Shown: positions 37,424 through 50,952, counted from the stretch's first letter. The stretch: DNA of 64,000 nucleotides from a candidate division FCPU426 bacterium (GCA_963796105.1 CAWCKJ010000004.1:832001-896000), one strand, 5' to 3'. The notes: a model not told the origin generated them from the sequence alone. Program-made: numbers and translations.

Positions 37424-37892
37424 TTGATTATTTTTTCAAGCGTTGACAGGAAAAATATACTTCAACATTTTTATGTCAGAATAAGTTGAGTGGCAAGGCC
37501 CGGGAATGCCTTCATTCAAACCAAGTCGATTAATGTACTTTTTGTGAAGCATGGCTAAATTAAAAGGAATTGTTTATTGCTAAGACATTCAGGCCCGCAG
37601 CAAAGAAACGCAAATGTATTAGCCTACTAATAGAGAGCTATTCACTTTTTCAAGGGTAAAACTAGCTAGAACGGCTTTCCCGATATTTCTATCACCCACA
37701 AAATTATTTTAAGTTCAATGGAGGAACACAATCTCCAATCAAAATTATCTTCTTTGGGTTGAATCGCCGTTTTGGACGAAACCCATGATCATTATTTTTA
37801 ACCGAAAAATTCGAATCGATCGTCAAAGGGGTGATTTATTGAACTTCAGGAACTCTTAATTCCCCGGTTTTAATTAGTTTTCGAAGCATTCA

Positions 37893-37922
37893 TTGACGTT
37901 TCCTCCGCCAGTACGTTACAAT
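37893..37922 (+). promoter_or_regulatory. Sigma70-type promoter for the rpmH operon
   Basis: TTGACG-N18-TACAAT about 80 bp upstream of rpmH. Confidence 0.55.
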
Positions 37923-38000
37923 ATTGCTCTTTTCGGACTGTCATGGGCGACCGTGGCAGTCTCAAAAAAATTACTAAACATGAGGAAAAATTAGACTTTT

Positions 38001-38138
38001 ATGAAAAGGACCTTCCAACCTAACAAGCGTAAACGCCAAAAAGTCCACGGTTTTAGGAGCAGAATGAAAACAACCGGAGGCCGTCGCGTGTTGAGTTCGC
38101 GGCGCAAGAAGGGACGTTTACGAGTCAGTGTACAGTAA
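38001..38138 (+). CDS. rpmH: 50S ribosomal protein L34 (missed by the ORF track)
   Basis: Hand translation [45 protein letters not shown]. Confidence 0.97.
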   Translation: MKRTFQPNKRKRQKVHGFRSRMKTTGGRRVLSSRRKKGRLRVSVQ

Positions 38139-38156
38139 GCTTAGGAATGATTGGTT

Positions 38157-38507
38157 ATGCCCCGTTTTTTAAAAACGGAGCGACTGAGGAAGTCGAATGA
38201 ATTTAAGGCGGTATTTCAGAAATGCCGCAAGTTAGAAGATGGTAATTTCGCGTTTTATGTACAGTTCGCCGAGGACAAGGGTTTGAGAAAATTCGGTATT
38301 TCGCTGGGACGGGCCTTTGGAAAGGCCCACCAACGCAACCAACTCAAACGGCGTCTTCGGGAAATTTACCGGGTGGAAAAGGAACGTTTCCGCGGGGGAT
38401 ATCAAATCATCGTTTTAACCCAACGCGGAAGTTCAGGCAGAACCTTTGAGGAACTGAGAAAGTCTTTTCTTTCGCTCTCAACAAAGGCTGGCCTCCTCGC
38501 CGGATGA
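38157..38507 (+). CDS. rnpA: RNase P protein component
   Basis: ERLRKSNEF, GKAHQRNQLKRRLRE; position after rpmH. Confidence 0.92.
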   Translation: MPRFLKTERLRKSNEFKAVFQKCRKLEDGNFAFYVQFAEDKGLRKFGISLGRAFGKAHQRNQLKRRLREIYRVEKERFRGGYQIIVLTQRGSSGRTFEELRKSFLSLSTKAGLLAG

Positions 38508-38525
38508 GAAAACCTGGGATTGAAA

Positions 38526-38747
38526 ATGGACAAGCTTTTGAAGCAGGGGCTGTTATTAATTATAAAAGGGTATCAACTCATGATTTCGCCTTATTTACCC
38601 TCTGCCTGCCGGTTTACGCCCACCTGCTCGGAATACACCCGCCAAGCCATTGAAAAATATGGAATTTTTAAGGGCTTTGCTATGGGTTTAAAGCGTTTGA
38701 GCCGTTGCCATCCCGCCTCATCCGGAGGATTCCACCCCGTTACTTAA
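38526..38747 (+). CDS. yidD: Membrane protein insertion efficiency factor
   Basis: YQLMISP...CRFTPTCSEY...RCHP...GG..PV. Confidence 0.95.
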   Translation: MDKLLKQGLLLIIKGYQLMISPYLPSACRFTPTCSEYTRQAIEKYGIFKGFAMGLKRLSRCHPASSGGFHPVT

Positions 38748-38766
38748 TTCATTTCGGGGGAATCAT

Positions 38767-40479
38767 TTGGAAAATCAAGGCCGTCTCGTTTTATTTCTAG
38801 TTCTTTCCATGCTGATCTTGTTTGCCTCGTCTTATTTTATGCCGGCTCCCCCTCCGCCGGTTCCCCAAGCCAAGACCGTCCAAACAAATCCTATGAAAGC
38901 CGAAACATCCTCAACGGAAAAGTTATCGGTGGTAAAAAATGAGACTAAAATTCCGAAGGTGGCCAAGATCCCTCAAGCAGAGCTCGCCTCCGTCATCATT
39001 GAGACCGAAGAATATATCGCAACCTTCTCCAATAAAGGCGCCGTTCTAGAAGGATTTCAGCTGAAAAAATACCTGAACCGGCAGACTCACCAGCCGATCC
39101 AGTTGGTTAATCCCGATTCTGACAGGCCAAGACCATTCTCGTTGGAATATTCTCCGATGCCAGAAGTGAACCAAGCTATATTTCAAGTAGAGGGTTCTTC
39201 CAAGCGCCTAACTAAACCGGAGGATAAGACGGTTCTGGTTTTTCGCACCTCAGACTCCCAAGGGCTTGTCTTGCAAAAAACATTCACCTTTAGAAACGGA
39301 AGTTATTTGATTGATTTTGACATGGCGTTAAACCAGACAGGCCGAACCCTCATTCCCTCTTCAAATTTGGCGGTGGAGTGGCCGGATACATTGGGCAAGG
39401 AAGAATTGACGGGGACGAATTCCAGGGTCCAGGGTTACAGGGTGGCGACCTTGACGGGAGACCATATATCAAACGAGGGACTTAAGAAGTCCCAGGAAAG
39501 CGTGGAAATTCCATCGCCTATCAGTTGGACAGCGTTGGCAAACCAGTTTTTCGTGGCGGCCTTGATCCCTGATCCCTCTTCGGGTGGGGCGTCCGTTAAA
39601 GTTTTGCGGGACTATAACGCCTATAGAAGCCCGACGCAGGAGGAGCCCAATCCGGGATTGGACACAAAAACTTTCGATCCCAGGCCGCTTCTTGTTTTTA
39701 GCGGCCAAGCCATTCGCGCCGGCGAGAGCTTCGAACGTAAAGGCAGGGTCTTTTTTGGCCCCCAGGATTATTCCCTTTTAAAAAGTTTGCGCCTCAAACT
39801 GGAAGGGGTTGTAGATTTTGGCATGTTTGGATTCATCAGCGTTTATATGCTGGACCTTCTCAAGTGGTTCTTTACCTGGTGCCGTAACTGGGGCTTGGCG
39901 ATTATATTTTTATCAATAGCCGTGAAACTGATTCTCTGGTTTCCAACCCATTCCAGCTATAAGAACATGTATCTTATGTCGCAGAAAACTAGGGAAATCC
40001 AACCGAAACTCGAGGCCATCAAGCGGAAATACGCCGATGACAAGCAGAAGCAGCAGCAAGAGACCATGGCCTTATATCAGCAGGCCGGAATCAACCCCTT
40101 GGGAGGGTGTCTGCCCATGCTTCTTCAAATGCCGGTCTTTATCGCGCTGTATTCAACCCTCTCCCATAGTATTGAGCTGAGGGGAGCCCCCTTTCTTTGG
40201 ATTGACGACTTAACCCTCAAGGACCCGATTTATCTGCTTCCACTTCTTATGGGAGCCTCCATGATTTTCTCGCAGAAAATGTCCGGCCAGATGACCACTC
40301 AAGCGGCCGGGCAACAAAAAATGATGATGTGGATGATGCCGGTCATGTTGACGTTCTTCTCTTTCCAGTGGCCAGCCGGGCTTTTGGTTTACTGGGTAGT
40401 GACGAACGTTCTTTCAATGATTCAACAAAAGATTGTGAACATTGAAATTAAGAAGGCTAAAAAGAAAGCGGAGGCTTAA
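38767..40479 (+). CDS. yidC: Membrane protein insertase, long periplasmic-domain form
   Basis: NWGLAII, NPLGGCLP..QMP, DPIYLLP, PAGLLVYW..N. Confidence 0.96.
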   Translation: MENQGRLVLFLVLSMLILFASSYFMPAPPPPVPQAKTVQTNPMKAETSSTEKLSVVKNETKIPKVAKIPQAELASVIIETEEYIATFSNKGAVLEGFQLKKYLNRQTHQPIQLVNPDSDRPRPFSLEYSPMPEVNQAIFQVEGSSKRLTKPEDKTVLVFRTSDSQGLVLQKTFTFRNGSYLIDFDMALNQTGRTLIPSSNLAVEWPDTLGKEELTGTNSRVQGYRVATLTGDHISNEGLKKSQESVEIPSPISWTALANQFFVAALIPDPSSGGASVKVLRDYNAYRSPTQEEPNPGLDTKTFDPRPLLVFSGQAIRAGESFERKGRVFFGPQDYSLLKSLRLKLEGVVDFGMFGFISVYMLDLLKWFFTWCRNWGLAIIFLSIAVKLILWFPTHSSYKNMYLMSQKTREIQPKLEAIKRKYADDKQKQQQETMALYQQAGINPLGGCLPMLLQMPVFIALYSTLSHSIELRGAPFLWIDDLTLKDPIYLLPLLMGASMIFSQKMSGQMTTQAAGQQKMMMWMMPVMLTFFSFQWPAGLLVYWVVTNVLSMIQQKIVNIEIKKAKKKAEA

Positions 40480-40483
40480 TAAA

Positions 40484-41599
40484 ATGAGGAATTATTCAAA
40501 TCAAAACAGCGGACGGCCTTCCCCAGGTTACAACCGAACGCCGAGCGACAGGGGAAATTTCAACAAGCAAAGCAAGCCAGGAGGGTACCGTAAACCTTAC
40601 CGCTCCGACCGGGAGGAATATCGGGGTGACCGCCGACCCTCAGGGAACCAAAGCAGGCCCTACACGTCATCTTCTCGTGGACCGGTTCGAAACGAACGGC
40701 CTGTAAAAACGGAATATCGCCCTTCACCCCGCAGTGAAGGCGGATGGTTGGAAGTTTCAGGAAAATCGGTCGAGGAAGCAGTGGAACTGGCCGCGAAAAG
40801 GTTTAATGTCAAACGAGAGGATTTGAAGACCGAAGTGGTGGATGAGGGAAAAAAAGGGTTTTTAGGAATCGGGTCAAAAGAGGCTAGGGTTAAGCTTATC
40901 TTGAAATCCGCGGCAGTGCCTGCTTTTGCGGAAGGCGTTCTTTCCCGTATTCTTCATGATATGAACCTCCCGGATAAGGTCAAAATCCAAAAGGATTCTG
41001 ATGGAAACACGGTCCTAAACATCCTGGGCCCATCTAGCGGGACTCTTATCGGCCGCCACGGCCATACTTTGGAGGCCCTTCAATATATTGTTTCCAAAGT
41101 CGTTCAAAGGATGACAGGCGACGAAAGAGCCATTGTGATCGTGGATGTGGAAAGTTATTTAGACCGCCAAAAGGATAAATTGAAGGAATTGGCCCTCAAT
41201 CTGGCTCAAAAAGCCAAAGAAACAGGCGTGGAGATTCCCATGAGGCCCATGAGTTCCAAGGACCGCAGGGTCGTTCACTTGGCTCTTAAAGATCACGAAC
41301 ATGTGACAACCGAGAGCCGAGGCGAAGGGCTTAGGCGCAAAGTGGTTATTGTTCCCAAAGTGAAAGCTTCCGAAGCTGCGGTTGCAATCCAACCTGGGAA
41401 CGGGTCGGAAACGCAGAACCAGCAAATACCATCTGAAACAGAGCCACAGAATATTCAAGATGGAAATGAGCCGGTTTCGGAAGGAAATAAAATTACACCG
41501 GAAGAAACGTCATCTTCGGCTTCCGCTACATTGGAGCCGGGAAATTCCATTGCAAGCGATGCTTCTCAAGTTTTGGATGACAATATCGGGAATCATTAA
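40484..41599 (+). CDS. jag: Jag/KhpB (EloR) RNA-binding protein
   Basis: Jag_N (GKSVEEAV...KGFLGIGSK), KH (LIGRHG.TLEALQ), R3H (RRVVH); long disordered termini. Confidence 0.92.
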   Translation: MRNYSNQNSGRPSPGYNRTPSDRGNFNKQSKPGGYRKPYRSDREEYRGDRRPSGNQSRPYTSSSRGPVRNERPVKTEYRPSPRSEGGWLEVSGKSVEEAVELAAKRFNVKREDLKTEVVDEGKKGFLGIGSKEARVKLILKSAAVPAFAEGVLSRILHDMNLPDKVKIQKDSDGNTVLNILGPSSGTLIGRHGHTLEALQYIVSKVVQRMTGDERAIVIVDVESYLDRQKDKLKELALNLAQKAKETGVEIPMRPMSSKDRRVVHLALKDHEHVTTESRGEGLRRKVVIVPKVKASEAAVAIQPGNGSETQNQQIPSETEPQNIQDGNEPVSEGNKITPEETSSSASATLEPGNSIASDASQVLDDNIGNH

Positions 41600-41651
41600 T
41601 AATTCGGATAAGTTTCATGGTTTGTTAGCAATGGGTCACGGTTAAAAAATC

Positions 41652-43028
41652 ATGTATCAATTAGAAGACACCATTGCAGCGATCGCTACTCCCGCCGGCA
41701 TCGGCGGGATAGGCGTGATTAGGGTTTCTGGGTCCAAAGCCTTGGATACCATCCAGTCCTTCCACACTTCCTCTAAAATCCTGGAACGAAAAAGACAAAT
41801 TTCTTTTGTCAAAATCAGGGATCACCGTTCGGGAGAAATTCTGGATGAAGCCCTGATTTTAGTGATGCCAGGCCCACATAGTTATACCACTGAGGATGTC
41901 GTTGAGTTCCACTTGCATGGTAACCCGCGGATTCTGAATAAAATAATGGAAATTATTACGTCCATGGGAGTACGACCCGCTGATCCGGGGGAATTTACAT
42001 ATAGAGCGTTCATCAAAGGGCGTCTGGATTTAACCCAAGCAGAAGCCGTAGAAGCCTTAGTTTCATCGCAGGGAGACGCAGGCAGGCGCCAGGCTTTCAG
42101 TCAATTAACGGGTTCCTTGTCGCACCACTTGGAACCATTGGAGGAGACGCTTAAGTCATTATATTTAAAAATTGAAGCCCGCCTTGAGTTTGCCGATGAA
42201 GGAATTCCCCAATTGGATTTGACCCAATTCAAGAATGAAGTGGTGGAAGCCAAGAAAAACCTTGGAAAATTACTGGAAAGTTATCGCCAGGGGAAAATCC
42301 TACGGGAAGGTATCAAGGTGGCCCTTGTGGGACCGCCTAATGTTGGAAAATCAAGTCTTTTAAATATTTTGTTAGGCTCTGAAAAAGCGATAGTGACCCC
42401 GCAGGCGGGAACTACCCGTGACATTGTTGAAGGGGAACTGTATTTAAAAGGAGTTAAAATCAGGCTTTTCGATACAGCGGGAATTCGAGAATCCTCAAAT
42501 ATTGTGGAAGCCGAGGGAGTTCGTCGGAGCCGCCAAATAATTGGGGAAGCCGATGTGATTTTCTGGGTGGTGGACGCTTCAAATCCAGAAGAGAATTGGC
42601 AGCTTCAAGAGGATATTTCCCTGCACTTGGGAAGAACTTATTATTTGATGAATAAAATGGATCTGATTGAGCCGGATCAATTTTCTAAATTAAAGAACAC
42701 TTCCCTATTTCCGCCAGAGCGATGCATTGAACTTTCCTGTGTTACCAGGCAAGGTTTGGAAAGGGTGTTTCACCTTTTGGAACTCTTACTGGAAAATCCG
42801 ATTTCAACCGAGAACGTGGTATTAATTTCTCTGCGGCATCAACAGGAAGCGGAAAAAGCATATAAAGCTTTAGAAAACCTTTTAGATCTTATAGTCATCA
42901 AGCAACCCTATGAACTTTGGGCAGAAGAGTTGAGGGAATCCGCCCTTGCCGTTGGCAGAATACGGGGGCGCAATCTGACCCAGGATGCTTTCGAAGAGAT
43001 TTTTAGCCGATTTTGTATTGGGAAGTAA
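41652..43028 (+). CDS. mnmE: tRNA modification GTPase
   Basis: DTIAAIAT, GPPNVGKSS, GTTRD, DTAG, NK.D, FCIGK. Confidence 0.97.
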   Translation: MYQLEDTIAAIATPAGIGGIGVIRVSGSKALDTIQSFHTSSKILERKRQISFVKIRDHRSGEILDEALILVMPGPHSYTTEDVVEFHLHGNPRILNKIMEIITSMGVRPADPGEFTYRAFIKGRLDLTQAEAVEALVSSQGDAGRRQAFSQLTGSLSHHLEPLEETLKSLYLKIEARLEFADEGIPQLDLTQFKNEVVEAKKNLGKLLESYRQGKILREGIKVALVGPPNVGKSSLLNILLGSEKAIVTPQAGTTRDIVEGELYLKGVKIRLFDTAGIRESSNIVEAEGVRRSRQIIGEADVIFWVVDASNPEENWQLQEDISLHLGRTYYLMNKMDLIEPDQFSKLKNTSLFPPERCIELSCVTRQGLERVFHLLELLLENPISTENVVLISLRHQQEAEKAYKALENLLDLIVIKQPYELWAEELRESALAVGRIRGRNLTQDAFEEIFSRFCIGK

Positions 43029-43564
43029 TGGGTCGATGAACTGCTTTTTTAGAAGAGAATAAACCTTTTGTATCTAATCGATATTAATACCCGTTTATTC
43101 GCTTATACACCGGTTAGTTTCAAAACACTCTTAAATAAACAAGAAAAAAACAAAACGGCTTTATAAGGAATACTATTGTATACCTTATTCGGTTGGCTTA
43201 AGTTTGAAACAAATCTATCTATTTAAAGAGAATGAGAGTACCGACCTAAAAATAATGAAGATCATCCATTGCTAATAATTATTTATACGGACATTATTTA
43301 GGCTATTTATAAACTTATCAAGAGTACGTTAAAATAATCGCGCCTCATTAACAAACGCATTCTTTCATAAAGAATCTCGCAAAGTCTTGAACGCTTAAAA
43401 GAAGAAATATTACCCTACCAGTAATTATTCGTGATCTATCTGCTAGGGTCTCATTGCCGGTTATGTTCTGGGAAATGAAAAATCAATGTCATCATAAACA
43501 ACCAAAAAGACCCCATTTTCTGATCACGCAATAGAATGGAATAAATTCAATCTCGATGGGACCT

Positions 43565-43580
43565 TGTTCCACGTGGAACA
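43565..43580. promoter_or_regulatory. parS site
   Basis: Perfect palindrome TGTTCCACGTGGAACA. Confidence 0.9.
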
Positions 43581-43658
43581 GATTTAAAAATTTATGTCAC
43601 ATTGTGTCGTCATAAACCATGTGTTATATAAGCGCTGAAAACTTTTTAGGGGTTCAAC

Positions 43659-45572
43659 GTGGGAAATGCTTTGCCAAAATTTGACGTGGTGGTAGTGGGA
43701 GCCGGACACGCTGGGTGCGAGGCCGCATTAGCTTGTAGCCGGATGGGTTTGCTAACAGCTCTGATTACTATGAACCCTGAAAATGTGGCCAAAATGAGCT
43801 GCAACCCCGCCATCGGGGGTTTGGCCAAGGGGCATTTAGTTCGTGAGATTGATGCCTTGGGTGGGGAAATGGGAAAAGCCACAGATGAAACATCAATTCA
43901 ATCCCGCGTTTTAAATAAAACACAAGGACCGGCAGTTTGGGGATTGCGGGCTCAATGCGACAAGGAACTCTACAACCAACGAATGAAAAAAACAGTTTGC
44001 AATCAAAGCGGTCTTACGGTGATAAAAGCAACCGTTGAGTGTCTTTTGGTTGTAGGGAATCAGGTTGAAGGAGTTCGAGTTCAATCAGGTGAGAAAATTA
44101 AAGCCAAAGCAGTCATTATCACTACCGGGACATTTTTAAACGGCTTAATGCATATTGGGGAAAAGAAAATTGAAGGAGGCCGAACGGGCGAGTTAGCCGC
44201 AAAAGGACTTTCGAAGCACCTAAAAGAATTAGGTTTTGAGGTGGGACGTTTAAAAACCGGCACCAATCCGAGAGTAAAACGGGAATCCATTGATTTTAAA
44301 AAAACGGAAGAGCAAACGGGAGACAAAACACCTATTCCCTTTTCACATTTCACCAAGTTTTTTCCAATTCAACCTCAAGTGTCCTGTTTCATTACCTATA
44401 CCAACCCTCAAACCCATCAGATTATTAGGGATAATATGGTTCGGTCCCCACTTTATTCTGGCACGATTAAAGGAATAGGTCCTCGGTATTGTCCTTCCAT
44501 TGAAGATAAAGTAGTGAAATTTCCAGATAAACCTAGGCATCAGATCTTTTTGGAACCGGAAGGTCTTACCACGAACGAATATTACTTAAATGGGTTATCC
44601 ACTTCCCTTCCCCTAGATGTTCAATATGCTTTTTTACATTCAATCCCAGGTCTTGAAAAAGCGGAAATTATTCGGCCTGGATACGCTGTTGAGTATGATT
44701 TCATTCCGCCTACCCAAATTTCCCATTCTTTGGAAACGCATCGGCTGAAAAATCTGTTTTTAGCCGGGCAAATTAACGGGACTTCAGGTTATGAAGAGGC
44801 TGCTGCTCAAGGACTTATTGCTGGCATCAATGCTTGTTTGTCAATCAAAGGTCTAAAGCCATTTATCTTGTCTCGAACAGAAGCTTATATGGGTGTTTTA
44901 GTGGATGACCTTGTAACCAAAGGCACAGAAGAACCTTACAGACTTTTTACTTCTAAAGCCGAATATAGGCTTTTGTTGAGGCCTGACAACGCTGATTTGC
45001 GATTGATGGAAAAAGGTTTTGATTTGGGTTTAATCGCTGTTGATGCTAGGGATTATGTAGTTGAGAAAAAAAGAATAATTAAGAGAAGTTTAAACGAATT
45101 TAAAACCCGGCTTTTACCAGTTCAGGCGGCTCCCAATGAATCCCTTCAGCTTTCAATTCATGATCGGGTATTAAAGTTGGAAGATGTAATTCGCCGTCCT
45201 TGGATCAGTTATAAAGATCTGAATCCATTTTTATCGAAAGATCTTCAATTAGAGCCGGAAGTAGCCTTTCAAGTCGAGGTTGAGCTCAAATATGAGGGTT
45301 ATTTAAAAAAACAACGGCTGGAAATACAAAGACAAAACCGAAGTGAAAACCTAATCATACCTCATCAGTTTTCTTACCTTGAAGTAAGGGGACTGACCCA
45401 GGAAGCCAAGGAAAAGCTCCACCGGATTCGGCCTCAAACTTTTGGCCAAGCTTCAAGAATACAAGGGGTTACCCATGCTGATTTAGCGGTTCTTCTCTTA
45501 GCCATTAGCCGGTTTTCGAAACAGCAAGTTATTAGCCAAAATATATCTTCTTCTCAGGATGACCAAGTTTGA
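43659..45572 (+). CDS. mnmG: tRNA uridine 5-carboxymethylaminomethyl modification enzyme
   Basis: VVGAGHAGCEAA, MSCNPAIGG, GPRYCPSIEDK, AGQINGTSGYEEAAAQG. Confidence 0.98.
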   Translation: MGNALPKFDVVVVGAGHAGCEAALACSRMGLLTALITMNPENVAKMSCNPAIGGLAKGHLVREIDALGGEMGKATDETSIQSRVLNKTQGPAVWGLRAQCDKELYNQRMKKTVCNQSGLTVIKATVECLLVVGNQVEGVRVQSGEKIKAKAVIITTGTFLNGLMHIGEKKIEGGRTGELAAKGLSKHLKELGFEVGRLKTGTNPRVKRESIDFKKTEEQTGDKTPIPFSHFTKFFPIQPQVSCFITYTNPQTHQIIRDNMVRSPLYSGTIKGIGPRYCPSIEDKVVKFPDKPRHQIFLEPEGLTTNEYYLNGLSTSLPLDVQYAFLHSIPGLEKAEIIRPGYAVEYDFIPPTQISHSLETHRLKNLFLAGQINGTSGYEEAAAQGLIAGINACLSIKGLKPFILSRTEAYMGVLVDDLVTKGTEEPYRLFTSKAEYRLLLRPDNADLRLMEKGFDLGLIAVDARDYVVEKKRIIKRSLNEFKTRLLPVQAAPNESLQLSIHDRVLKLEDVIRRPWISYKDLNPFLSKDLQLEPEVAFQVEVELKYEGYLKKQRLEIQRQNRSENLIIPHQFSYLEVRGLTQEAKEKLHRIRPQTFGQASRIQGVTHADLAVLLLAISRFSKQQVISQNISSSQDDQV

Positions 45573-46306
45573 ATTTAACACCGGAAGACATTCAAGAATC
45601 AATCAAAGAAACAGGCGGATTAAGTCTTTTTCCGTCTACTTCTTTTTTGCCCCTCATTCGGTTTATTGAAAAAATGCTCGATATCAATCGATCTTTAAAC
45701 CTCACAAAATGGGTAAAAAATACGGATGTTCTAAAATATCATGTTAAGGATTCCGCCATTTGTTTGTTGAGCCTCTCAAATTTATTGAAGAATCAAGATA
45801 GTCCACAAGCTTGGTTAGATCTAGGTACGGGTTGTGGGTTCCCCGGCATCCTATTGTTGGCAGCCTACCCTCATTGGAATATAACTTTTTTAGATTCTAT
45901 TGGAAAAAAAGTGAAGGCCGTGCAGGAATGCCTTGATGTCTCTGAATGGAAGGCAAAGACTTTAATTGGAAGAGCGGAAGAAATTGGCCAAAACCTGAAT
46001 TATCGGGAAAGTTTTGATGGAGTGGTGACTCGGGCGGTTGCTGAGTTTGGGATTGTTCTTGAATATGCTATTCCTCTTTTAAAAGTTGGGGGATACCTCG
46101 TGGATTGGAGGACTCAAGAGCAATTGAAAGTTGTGGAAAAGTCAAAAAATGCCCTAGATCAACTTCATTCAAAAATAATAAAAATTGACCTTTATACCCT
46201 TCCTAACACAACCCAAAAAAGATGTCTTGTTATTGTGGAAAAATTGGGGAAAACACTTCCTCAATATCCAAGATCGATTGGAAAGCCCTTTAAGAATTCG
46301 CTTTAG
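45569..46306 (+). CDS. rsmG: 16S rRNA m7G527 methyltransferase
   Basis: NLT, H..DS, DLGTGCGFPG, RAEE, RAVA, YPR..G.P. Confidence 0.93.
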   Translation: MNLTPEDIQESIKETGGLSLFPSTSFLPLIRFIEKMLDINRSLNLTKWVKNTDVLKYHVKDSAICLLSLSNLLKNQDSPQAWLDLGTGCGFPGILLLAAYPHWNITFLDSIGKKVKAVQECLDVSEWKAKTLIGRAEEIGQNLNYRESFDGVVTRAVAEFGIVLEYAIPLLKVGGYLVDWRTQEQLKVVEKSKNALDQLHSKIIKIDLYTLPNTTQKRCLVIVEKLGKTLPQYPRSIGKPFKNSL

Positions 46307-46344
46307 ATTCAGAAAAGAATATTAGCGGGCCTTTTTTAATGAAG

Positions 46345-46360
46345 TGTTCCATGTGGAACA
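46345..46360. promoter_or_regulatory. parS site
   Basis: TGTTCCATGTGGAACA, one mismatch to the 43565 copy. Confidence 0.85.
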
Positions 46361-46701
46361 TTTAAGCTTGACGCTGAATTTAAAAAAGCTCTTAATTAAT
46401 TGTACAATAAATAGTGCATAAATATATTAGTTGCTTATTTTTTCGTTTAAAATAAAGGTATTTTGGCCTCTTAGTGATTATAATAAGTTCACTTTTTAAG
46501 CAATTTAAAGATGTTTGGCTTGTCATTACCAATCGTTATTTATAAGGAAAGATCTAAGAGAATCGAGCTTTGACATCTTGAAATCCCTTAAAACGATAGT
46601 TTTATGCTGTCGAGAATCAATTTGAATCATATTTGTTGTGTTAAAGGTATTTCGGGACCAATAAATACATATCTATTATTTTTTTCATTAGAGGTGGGTG
46701 A

Positions 46702-47814
46702 GTGCATGTTGACTCTTTACGACTCTTTCACTTTCGTAATTATGAATCATTAGAGTTAACTTTTCATCCTCGTTTAAATCTTCTTTTGGGGGCGAACGCT
46801 CAAGGAAAAACCAACATATTAGAGGCGATTTACTTTCTTTCAACCGCCCGTTCTTTTCGTGCAGCTGACGATGAGCAGGTAGTTCAGCTGAACCAAGAAG
46901 AGAGTTGTGTGGAAGGAACTCTCATTCGGGAAGAGGGTCAGGAGCAGGTTAGGTTGGAAATTCACAAGGGGAAGCATAAAACTCTTTTTATTAATGGAAA
47001 AAAGCAATTAAAGCTTTCTTCCCTTCTGGGACACCTCCCTTCTGTTGTTTTTTCACCAGATGATTTGCTTTTGATCAAAGGAGGGCCGGCTTCCCGGCGC
47101 CGTTATCTGGATGTGGCGATTTTACAACTTGACCAGGCTTATCGGCTGCATTTGCAAAAATTTGAAAGGGCATTAAAACAACGCAATTCCCTTTTGCGAC
47201 AGAAATATTCCCGTCCCGAAAATCAATTAACTGCATGGGATGAGCTTTTAGCCGAGCATGGTTCGATTTTAATGGAAAAGCGGGCGGACTTGGCCAAACG
47301 GTTGTCTTTTTTTGCCCAAAAGGCCCTGCAGGATTTAACAGGCGGAGCCGAGCATTTTGAAATAAGGTATGAGCCCTGTCTTGAAATGGAAGAGGAAAGA
47401 AGTTTATTGAAAGAAAAAATCTCTGAAATTCTTATTGAATCTAGAAGAGAAGATATAGCGAGGGGTTTAACAACCCGAGGGCCTCACAGGGATGATCTGG
47501 GTTTTTGGTTAAATGGGCAATCGATGGTGCGATTTGGCAGCCAGGGGCAACAGCGTACAGGAGCGCTTGCCTTGAAGCTGTCTCAATTGTCCGTTTTGGC
47601 GGAGGGCTGCCACACAACCCCGCTAGTTTTGTTTGATGATGTAATGGCGGAGTTAGACCAGAAAAGGCAGGATTTTTTTTTAAACAGACTTCTTCAAGAG
47701 GGCCAGGCTATTTTAACCGGGACCTCTCCGCACGATTTTAAGATGGCAACTGACACCGCCCGGGTTTTCGGCGTGGAAGCCGGAGCGGTTCGAGTTGAAA
47801 GGATAGGAGCTTAA
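46702..47814 (+). CDS. recF: DNA replication/repair protein RecF
   Basis: FRNY, GANAQGKTN, GPHRDDL, GSQGQQR, DDVMAELD. Confidence 0.96.
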   Translation: MHVDSLRLFHFRNYESLELTFHPRLNLLLGANAQGKTNILEAIYFLSTARSFRAADDEQVVQLNQEESCVEGTLIREEGQEQVRLEIHKGKHKTLFINGKKQLKLSSLLGHLPSVVFSPDDLLLIKGGPASRRRYLDVAILQLDQAYRLHLQKFERALKQRNSLLRQKYSRPENQLTAWDELLAEHGSILMEKRADLAKRLSFFAQKALQDLTGGAEHFEIRYEPCLEMEEERSLLKEKISEILIESRREDIARGLTTRGPHRDDLGFWLNGQSMVRFGSQGQQRTGALALKLSQLSVLAEGCHTTPLVLFDDVMAELDQKRQDFFLNRLLQEGQAILTGTSPHDFKMATDTARVFGVEAGAVRVERIGA

Positions 47815-47927
47815 TTATCTCCCGTATCGAAAGATTGGTGGGGGAAGTTAAAATTTTTATACTCTCAGTTGGACGCTAATCGTTGGACTCAGCGCCCCTT
47901 TTGACTCCAATTCGAGAAAGGCTTAAG

Positions 47928-48257
47928 ATGAGGCGCCGCAAAAAGAGCCGACAAGGCCTTGTTGATGTCAGAGAGCTTTTAGAGGGCGCCCTACAACAGT
48001 TGGGCGTGAAGGGTGACTTTGAAAAGTTCCAATTGGAAAACAAATGCAGGGAACTTTTGGGCGCGACTTTTTCAAAGGGTTTTGTCCAGGCGGTATTAAA
48101 AGGATCCACCGTGCAAATGGAATTTACCCATTCCATTTGGATGAACGAGTTTAGTTTCCGAAAAGCAGTGTTTCTCCAGGAACTTCAACGCGACTTGCCG
48201 ACGCTGGGCATTAAAAGTCTTTCATTGGTTTTGGCTGGAAATCACAAGAAGAATTGA
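47928..48257 (+). CDS. DUF721 / DciA-like helicase operator
   Basis: Small ORF between recF and gyrB; S.WMNE.......L...Q pattern. Confidence 0.65.
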   Translation: MRRRKKSRQGLVDVRELLEGALQQLGVKGDFEKFQLENKCRELLGATFSKGFVQAVLKGSTVQMEFTHSIWMNEFSFRKAVFLQELQRDLPTLGIKSLSLVLAGNHKKN

Positions 48258-48269
48258 TTTTTTAAATAA

Positions 48270-50873
<2,604 letters not shown>

Positions 50874-50952
50874 GTCAAACGCGAAGGGGCAGGGAGTCAA
50901 GTTTAAAAACTCCCGGCTTGAAAGATTAAATTTTTATCCTTAAAGGAAAGAA

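Noticed and set aside
43651..43666. Third parS overlapping the mnmG start (GGTTCAACGTGGGAAA)
   Set aside because: Four mismatches and broken symmetry; at best a relic.
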